NCBI GenBank assembly: GCA_946490195.1
Contig: CAMLWN010000003.1
Location: forward strand, 1 to 52,399
Reading direction: 5' to 3'
DNA length: 52,399 bases
DNA from: an uncultured Mycoplasmatota bacterium
GTDB lineage: Bacteria; Bacillota_I; Bacilli_A; RF39; UBA660
The notes under the pieces were generated by a model. It made no database searches. It was given only the letters and a program-made list of their open reading frames with translations, and had not been told where the DNA came from. This document shows, one piece after another, positions 46,730 through 52,399 of this stretch. A program made the translations under genes and the position numbers. Each line of letters begins with the position of its first letter. Within the stretch, counting starts at the first letter, position 1.

Positions 46730-48050
46730 GAAAGTTTTTATATTAGGTATGGCTAGAAGTGGTTTTGAAGCAGCAAAGCTTCTAGCAAAAGACAATGAAG
46801 TATGGATTACAGATATAAAAGAACAAAATGAGCAGGATGTTCGCATATTAAAAGAATTAGGTGTGAAATATATCATAACGAATAATCCAACGGATTTATT
46901 AGATGAATCTTTTGACTTATTAGTTAAAAATCCAGGAATTAGAAAAGACCATCAGACGGTAGAAAAAGCTCGAAATCTACAAATTCCTGTTATAAATGAA
47001 CTGGAGTTAGCTTATCAGTATTTACATGTAAATACTCATATAATCGGGGTAACAGGTTCTAACGGGAAAACTACGACAACAACGTTAATTTACAAATTTT
47101 TATGTGCTGCAGAAAAATCCGCTTTTCTAGGCGGAAACATCGGCATTCCTTTTTGTCAGTTTGTTTTAGATGTGAAAGAAAATGATTATATAGTTTTAGA
47201 AGTAAGTGATCATCAACTATGTGATGTAAAAGATTTTAAAACGAGCATCAGTGTCCTAACAAATATTTATCCAGTTCATTTGGATTTTCATGATTCCTAC
47301 GACCAATATAAGCAAATGAAAAAGAAAATCTTTGCTCATCACACAAAAGAGGATATTGCAATTATTAATAAAGATAATGAAGAATCTTTGAAAATAACAA
47401 ACGATATTTTAAGTAGTAAACAGTACTTTAGTAAAAATAATGTAGAAGATTGCTATCTAGAAAATGATGCAATTTATTATCAAAAAGAAAAAATTATTGA
47501 TACAAAAGATATTTTATTAAAAGGAAGTCACAATTACGAAAATATCATGGCAGCAATTCTAGCAGTTAAAGCTTATCATGTTTCAAATGAAGCAATAAAA
47601 AGCGTTTTGACAACTTTCAAAGGTGTAGAACATCGAATTGAATTTGTCAAAAATATTAAAGGAATTTCTTATTATAATGATAGTAAAGCAACAAACTGTG
47701 AATCAACCAAAATTGCTTTGAAATCTTTTCAAAATCCAACTTTATTAATTTTAGGTGGATTGGATCGCGGACATTCTTTTGAAGATTTAAAAGATTCTAT
47801 GCAAAACGTTAAATATGTAGCTTGTTATGGAGAAACTAAAAAACGTATTGAAGAGTATTGTAAATCCATGAAAATCCCTTGTGATAGTTTTGAAAATTTA
47901 AAAGAAGCAACGCTTATGTGTTATCAAAAAGCAGAAAAAAACGACGTGGTTCTACTAAGTCCTGCTTGTGCTTCCTGGGATCAGTATGATTCGTTTGAAA
48001 CAAGAGGAAATGAATTTAAAAAAATTGTGGGAAGTTTAGGAGAGGAATAA
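46719..48050 (+). CDS. murD: UDP-MurNAc-L-Ala:D-Glu ligase
   Basis: GMARSG, GVTGSNGKTT, HRIE, NDSKATN, LSPACASWDQY. Confidence 0.96.
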   Translation: MKNKKVFILGMARSGFEAAKLLAKDNEVWITDIKEQNEQDVRILKELGVKYIITNNPTDLLDESFDLLVKNPGIRKDHQTVEKARNLQIPVINELELAYQYLHVNTHIIGVTGSNGKTTTTTLIYKFLCAAEKSAFLGGNIGIPFCQFVLDVKENDYIVLEVSDHQLCDVKDFKTSISVLTNIYPVHLDFHDSYDQYKQMKKKIFAHHTKEDIAIINKDNEESLKITNDILSSKQYFSKNNVEDCYLENDAIYYQKEKIIDTKDILLKGSHNYENIMAAILAVKAYHVSNEAIKSVLTTFKGVEHRIEFVKNIKGISYYNDSKATNCESTKIALKSFQNPTLLILGGLDRGHSFEDLKDSMQNVKYVACYGETKKRIEEYCKSMKIPCDSFENLKEATLMCYQKAEKNDVVLLSPACASWDQYDSFETRGNEFKKIVGSLGEE

Positions 48051-49426
48051 TGAACAAAGAAACGAAGCACATTTATATGATTGGCATCGGGGGCATTTCT
48101 ATGTCAGGTATTGCTGAAATTTTAAAAGAATGGAAATATGAAGTAAGTGGGTCAGATCGAGTAGAGTCTAACCAAACAAAATATTTAGAAGAACACGGCA
48201 TCAATGTTTATATCGGACAAAAAAAGGAAAATATAACAAAGGGCATTGATTTGGTTGTTTATACTGCAGCCATTAAGGCAGATAATCCTGAGCTTATCGA
48301 AGCAAATCGGTTACAAATTCCTTGCATGGAACGTGGAGCTTTTTTAGGGGAAATGACTAAACTATTTTCAAAAACTATTGGCATAGCGGGTACTCACGGG
48401 AAAACAACAACCACGAGTATGGTTTCTAGTGTCTTTCTCACAGCAAATCTTGACCCCACAATTCAAGTAGGCGCAGTCTTAGACATTTTAAAAACAAATT
48501 ACCGCGTAGGAAAAAGTCCTTATCTAATTATTGAAGCTTGTGAATACAAGGATTCTTTTTTGAATTTTCATCAAGAAAGCGCAATTGTTTTAAACATTGA
48601 TAACGACCATTTAGATTATTTTAAAAACATGGAAAACATGGAAAAAAGCTATCATGAATACGTTTCAAAATTACCAAAAAATGGTGTTCTTGTATTAAAT
48701 ATAGAAGACGAAAGGTGTAAAAATCTTGCTAACTATACCAAAGCGACGGTAGTAACAGTTGGAAAATCCAATGCATTATGGACGTATGATAATGTCACAT
48801 ATAACGAAGAAGGGTACCCATCTTTTGATGTATATTACCAAGACAAGTTTCAAAAACGTTTTTCTTTACAAGTAACAGGTGAATACAACATTTTAAATAG
48901 CTTGGCTTGCATCGCGCTATGCAGCTTCTATGGTATAGCTTTAGATATTATTCAAAAAGGTTTATCTTCTTTTTCAGGCGCGTCAAGAAGAATGGAATAT
49001 AAAGGACTTTTTGAAGATGCAAAAGTATACGATGATTACGCACATCATCCAACAGAAGTAAAAAAAACTGCCGAAGGAATTTTAAAGAAAAAATTTCACG
49101 AATCATGGGTAGTGTTTGAATGTCATTCTTATAGTAGATTTGTTACCTATTTAAAAGAATTTGCTGAAAGTTTATCCTTATTTGATCATATTATTTTAGC
49201 AGATATCTATGCAGCAAGAGAGACAAATACTATAGATGCAAATGAAGAAGACTTAGTAGGGTTGCTAAAAGAAAATCAAAAGGATGCAGTCCATATCAGT
49301 AGCTATGAGAAAATTAAAGATTATTTAAAAGAAAGAGTAAAAAAAGAAGATATAATTATCACAATGGGCGCAGGAAATATTACAAAGCTAGCAGAGATAT
49401 TAGTAAAAGAAAAGGAGCAAAGATGA
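48050..49426 (+). CDS. murC: UDP-MurNAc:L-Ala ligase
   Basis: IGIGGISMSG, GTHGKTTT, EACEY, DDYAHHPTE, MGAG. Confidence 0.96.
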   Translation: MNKETKHIYMIGIGGISMSGIAEILKEWKYEVSGSDRVESNQTKYLEEHGINVYIGQKKENITKGIDLVVYTAAIKADNPELIEANRLQIPCMERGAFLGEMTKLFSKTIGIAGTHGKTTTTSMVSSVFLTANLDPTIQVGAVLDILKTNYRVGKSPYLIIEACEYKDSFLNFHQESAIVLNIDNDHLDYFKNMENMEKSYHEYVSKLPKNGVLVLNIEDERCKNLANYTKATVVTVGKSNALWTYDNVTYNEEGYPSFDVYYQDKFQKRFSLQVTGEYNILNSLACIALCSFYGIALDIIQKGLSSFSGASRRMEYKGLFEDAKVYDDYAHHPTEVKKTAEGILKKKFHESWVVFECHSYSRFVTYLKEFAESLSLFDHIILADIYAARETNTIDANEEDLVGLLKENQKDAVHISSYEKIKDYLKERVKKEDIIITMGAGNITKLAEILVKEKEQR

Positions 49427-50358
49427 ATCATTTATATCTTGGAAGAATAATAAGGACGGATGAATTAGTAATTTGTATAGAATGCTTATTAAAAGCAAAA
49501 AATCCTCAAGAAGGCAAAAAAATGAAAGACTTTTTTACTCACTTTTTTGATTTATATTCTTCTTGTCAAAGCGTTGATTATATTTTAAGAAGTTTAATAA
49601 TTATGTTCCAATCATACGAACAAGAGCAAATCAAAGTAAGATGGAGTGGCAAAAAAAACGGTTTAATGGAAATTTCTCACAACAAATTGATAAAATACGA
49701 AGAAAACAAAGAAAATATTCGAATGACATATCAAAATCAGGAGGAAAAAGACCAAATAAAATTTGAAACCGCTTCTATAAATAATTATAATGAACTAAAA
49801 AGCTTCATGGAAGACACAATATTACAAGTGAATGCATTAAAAAATTATCAACCAGTAAAAAATGTGACGCCAGCTTACAATCAAATTTATAAAATTTATG
49901 ACTTATTTTACGGAAAAAAGCCAGATTTTCAAGAAGAAAACATTGAGAGTCAATTTCAGTATATGTTCGCGATTCTATGCCATTTTGGAATCGGTTTGGA
50001 TGAAATTCATTTTTATCAAAATAGCCAAAAAATTCCCACATCACATTATTTAAAATCGATGATAAATTCGATGAGACCATATGTAAATGTCCAAGAAATT
50101 CTTGAAGATGTCGCTTTACTTCCAGACGTCGCAAAAAGGATTCAAATTATTGGTCAAAATATATGTTCATCAACAAATGAAAAAGATAAAATGAAGCATT
50201 TAAAAGAGATAAGCCAAATTTTATATACAAAGGAATGGCGTTTATCTAGTAGTGCTTCATCAATGGAAATTGGTAAATATCTAGGAATTGAAGCAAAAAC
50301 AGTTGATGAAGTTCTCAAATTAAAAAGAGAGCTAAACAGAAAAATAGAAGGAGAATAA
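49423..50358 (+). CDS. Hypothetical protein
   Basis: 311-aa ORF coupled between murC and murE; AAGGAG RBS. Confidence 0.65.
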   Translation: MNHLYLGRIIRTDELVICIECLLKAKNPQEGKKMKDFFTHFFDLYSSCQSVDYILRSLIIMFQSYEQEQIKVRWSGKKNGLMEISHNKLIKYEENKENIRMTYQNQEEKDQIKFETASINNYNELKSFMEDTILQVNALKNYQPVKNVTPAYNQIYKIYDLFYGKKPDFQEENIESQFQYMFAILCHFGIGLDEIHFYQNSQKIPTSHYLKSMINSMRPYVNVQEILEDVALLPDVAKRIQIIGQNICSSTNEKDKMKHLKEISQILYTKEWRLSSSASSMEIGKYLGIEAKTVDEVLKLKRELNRKIEGE

Positions 50359-50361
50359 AAA

Positions 50362-51738
50362 ATGCTAAAATATGAAACAGATTCACGAAAAGTAAAACCA
50401 GGTCAAACATTTGTAGCAATAAAGGGACATACCGTTGATGGACACAATTATATCTCAGATGCAATAAAAAATGGAGCCGTAGCCATTATTGCTGAAAAAG
50501 AAGTTGAAGCTAGTGTTCCAGTAAAAATCGTTCCAAATTCTAGTGAATATTTAAAAGAACAATTAGTAAATGAATATAGCGAAGAACTAAATAAGTTAAA
50601 AATTATTGGAGTAACAGGAACAAATGGGAAAACAACAACTTGCTATTTAACGTATCAATTATTAAAATCATTAAATGTTAAGGTGGCCTATATGGGAACA
50701 ATTGGCTTTTTCTTTGAAGAGGAAAAAATAGAATTACCAAACACAACTCCAGAAATTCTAACCATTTATAAATTATTTTTAGAAGCTTTAGAAAAAGGCT
50801 GTACAACAGTTGTAATGGAAGTAAGTAGTCATGCTCTAGCTTTAGAAAGAGTTGCAGGTTTAAAATTTCAAATTGGAGCATTCACGAATTTAACGGAAGA
50901 TCATTTAGATTACCATAAAACGATGGAAGAGTATTTACAAGCTAAGTTAAAGCTTTTAAATTATATGGATACAAACGGAATTTTTCTTGTAAACCATGAT
51001 GATTTAGCAAGTCAAAGTTTTCAAAAGATTTTTAAAAATACCAAAACGATTGGAATGAAAGAAAGCGATTACTGGATAAAAGAATACACTTTTGATCCAA
51101 TCAAAACAAATATTTTATTAGAATATCAAAATCAAAATTATACAATTGAAACGAATCTTACAGGAAAATTTAATGTATATAATTATTTAACAGCTTTAGC
51201 AATTATTCATGAATATGGTTTTTCAATAGAAGAAATTACGTTAAATACAAATAAAATCTATCCTCCTAAAGGTCGTTGTGAAACATACAAAGTAAAAGAT
51301 GGTTACGCAGTAGTAGATTACGCGCATACTCCAGATGCTGTCGAAAAAGTAATTGATGCTTATAAAGAATTAGCTAAAGGAAAAATTATTACCTTAGTAG
51401 GTTGTGGAGGAGATAGAGACCCTTTAAAAAGACCAATTATGGGACGTATCGCAACAGAAAAAAGTGATTGGGTAATTTTTACAAATGACAATCCAAGAAC
51501 GGAAGACCCGGAAAAGATTATGCAAGATATTATAAAAGGAGTAGAGCAAACAAACTATGAAGTGATTCTAGATCGTCATGAAGCAATAAAAAAAGCATTA
51601 GATAAAATAAATAAAGAAGATATTGTTCTAATTTTAGGTAAAGGACATGAAGATTATCAAATTCTTGGACACGAAAAAGTTCATTTTGATGATAGTGAAG
51701 AAATAAAAAATTATATAAAAAAATGCGAAGAAAATTAA
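50362..51738 (+). CDS. murE: UDP-MurNAc-tripeptide ligase, likely meso-DAP specific
   Basis: DSRKV, GVTGTNGKTT, MEVSSH, DYAHTPD, GCGGDRD, DNPR motif, GKGHE. Confidence 0.96.
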   Translation: MLKYETDSRKVKPGQTFVAIKGHTVDGHNYISDAIKNGAVAIIAEKEVEASVPVKIVPNSSEYLKEQLVNEYSEELNKLKIIGVTGTNGKTTTCYLTYQLLKSLNVKVAYMGTIGFFFEEEKIELPNTTPEILTIYKLFLEALEKGCTTVVMEVSSHALALERVAGLKFQIGAFTNLTEDHLDYHKTMEEYLQAKLKLLNYMDTNGIFLVNHDDLASQSFQKIFKNTKTIGMKESDYWIKEYTFDPIKTNILLEYQNQNYTIETNLTGKFNVYNYLTALAIIHEYGFSIEEITLNTNKIYPPKGRCETYKVKDGYAVVDYAHTPDAVEKVIDAYKELAKGKIITLVGCGGDRDPLKRPIMGRIATEKSDWVIFTNDNPRTEDPEKIMQDIIKGVEQTNYEVILDRHEAIKKALDKINKEDIVLILGKGHEDYQILGHEKVHFDDSEEIKNYIKKCEEN

Positions 51739-52286
51739 ATTTCTCGCATTTTTTCTTGATCTTTATATGGATCTTTTGGATCGATGTGGTCGATAAATAG
51801 AATACCGTTTAAGTGATCAATTTCATGTTGAAAAGCAATAGCAATATCTTCACGAACTCGAATTGTATATTTTTTTCCATCCATATCATATGCTTCAACA
51901 GTGATTCTGGCATGTCTTGGAACAATACCGTCTACTTCACGGTTAATGCTTAAACATCCTTCACCTTCGCCAACATAAATTTGTTCTTCACTATAGGATA
52001 CGATTTTAGGATTGATTACAATATAATTTTTAAACTTTTCTTTTTCTACTTCTTCAACAATAACAAAAATTCGTTTTAAAACGCCAATTTGAACTGCTGA
52101 CAAGCCCATACCAGCTCGCAAATCATATTTTTCTCGTTCTTCATCAATTTGACTAAGCGTTAAATAATCAATCATATCTTGAATCATTTTTTTATCAGTT
52201 TCTTTTAATGGAAAAGAAACTTCCTTACTTTTTTCTCGTAATCTTTTATCCACTTCATCTAAAATGGTTATATTTGGTAACTTCAT
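51735..52286 (-). CDS. def: Peptide deformylase
   Basis: GMGLSAVQIG, EGCLS, QHEIDHLNG. Confidence 0.97.
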   Translation of the reverse strand: MKLPNITILDEVDKRLREKSKEVSFPLKETDKKMIQDMIDYLTLSQIDEEREKYDLRAGMGLSAVQIGVLKRIFVIVEEVEKEKFKNYIVINPKIVSYSEEQIYVGEGEGCLSINREVDGIVPRHARITVEAYDMDGKKYTIRVREDIAIAFQHEIDHLNGILFIDHIDPKDPYKDQEKMREI

Positions 52287-52399
52287 AATTCACCCCTAAA
52301 CACGGAATATTATAGCAAACTTTTTAAAAAATAGAAAGAATTTATTGTTACTATTCACAGCCAAAAAGAAGAAATAATCAAAAAAGATGAATTTCTTCT

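Overview
Low-GC, genetic-code-11 chromosomal segment from a monoderm Bacillota cell. Gene style and content resemble reduced-genome gut Bacilli such as order RF39 (inference). The backbone holds a compact Tad/Flp pilus locus plus two type IV prepilins, ruvAB-folD-glyA-kinase-queA-tgt, a giant surface adhesin, an eroded radC-mreC-mreD...spoIVFA-spoIVFB cluster interrupted by Crp/Fnr and nrdD-nrdG-dut, a tRNA cluster, and rnc-smc-murD-murC-murE-def. Highlight 1 is a ~7.8 kb integrase-encoding filamentous-phage (inovirus-like) prophage at 32711-40518, bounded by a 28-bp repeat of the tRNA-Glu 3' end. It is associated with a duplicated tRNA-Lys, a tRNA-like RNA with no proper anticodon arm behind rep, a perfect 27-bp direct repeat bracketing most of the integrase, and a morphogenesis operon whose 5' end abuts attR. 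Highlight 2 is a surface-protein gene in the pilus locus (8002-9444) whose 3' end looks like a diversity-generating-retroelement variable region with a downstream GC hairpin; no RT or template repeat was seen in the window. All calls come from reading motifs by eye; no searches were run.
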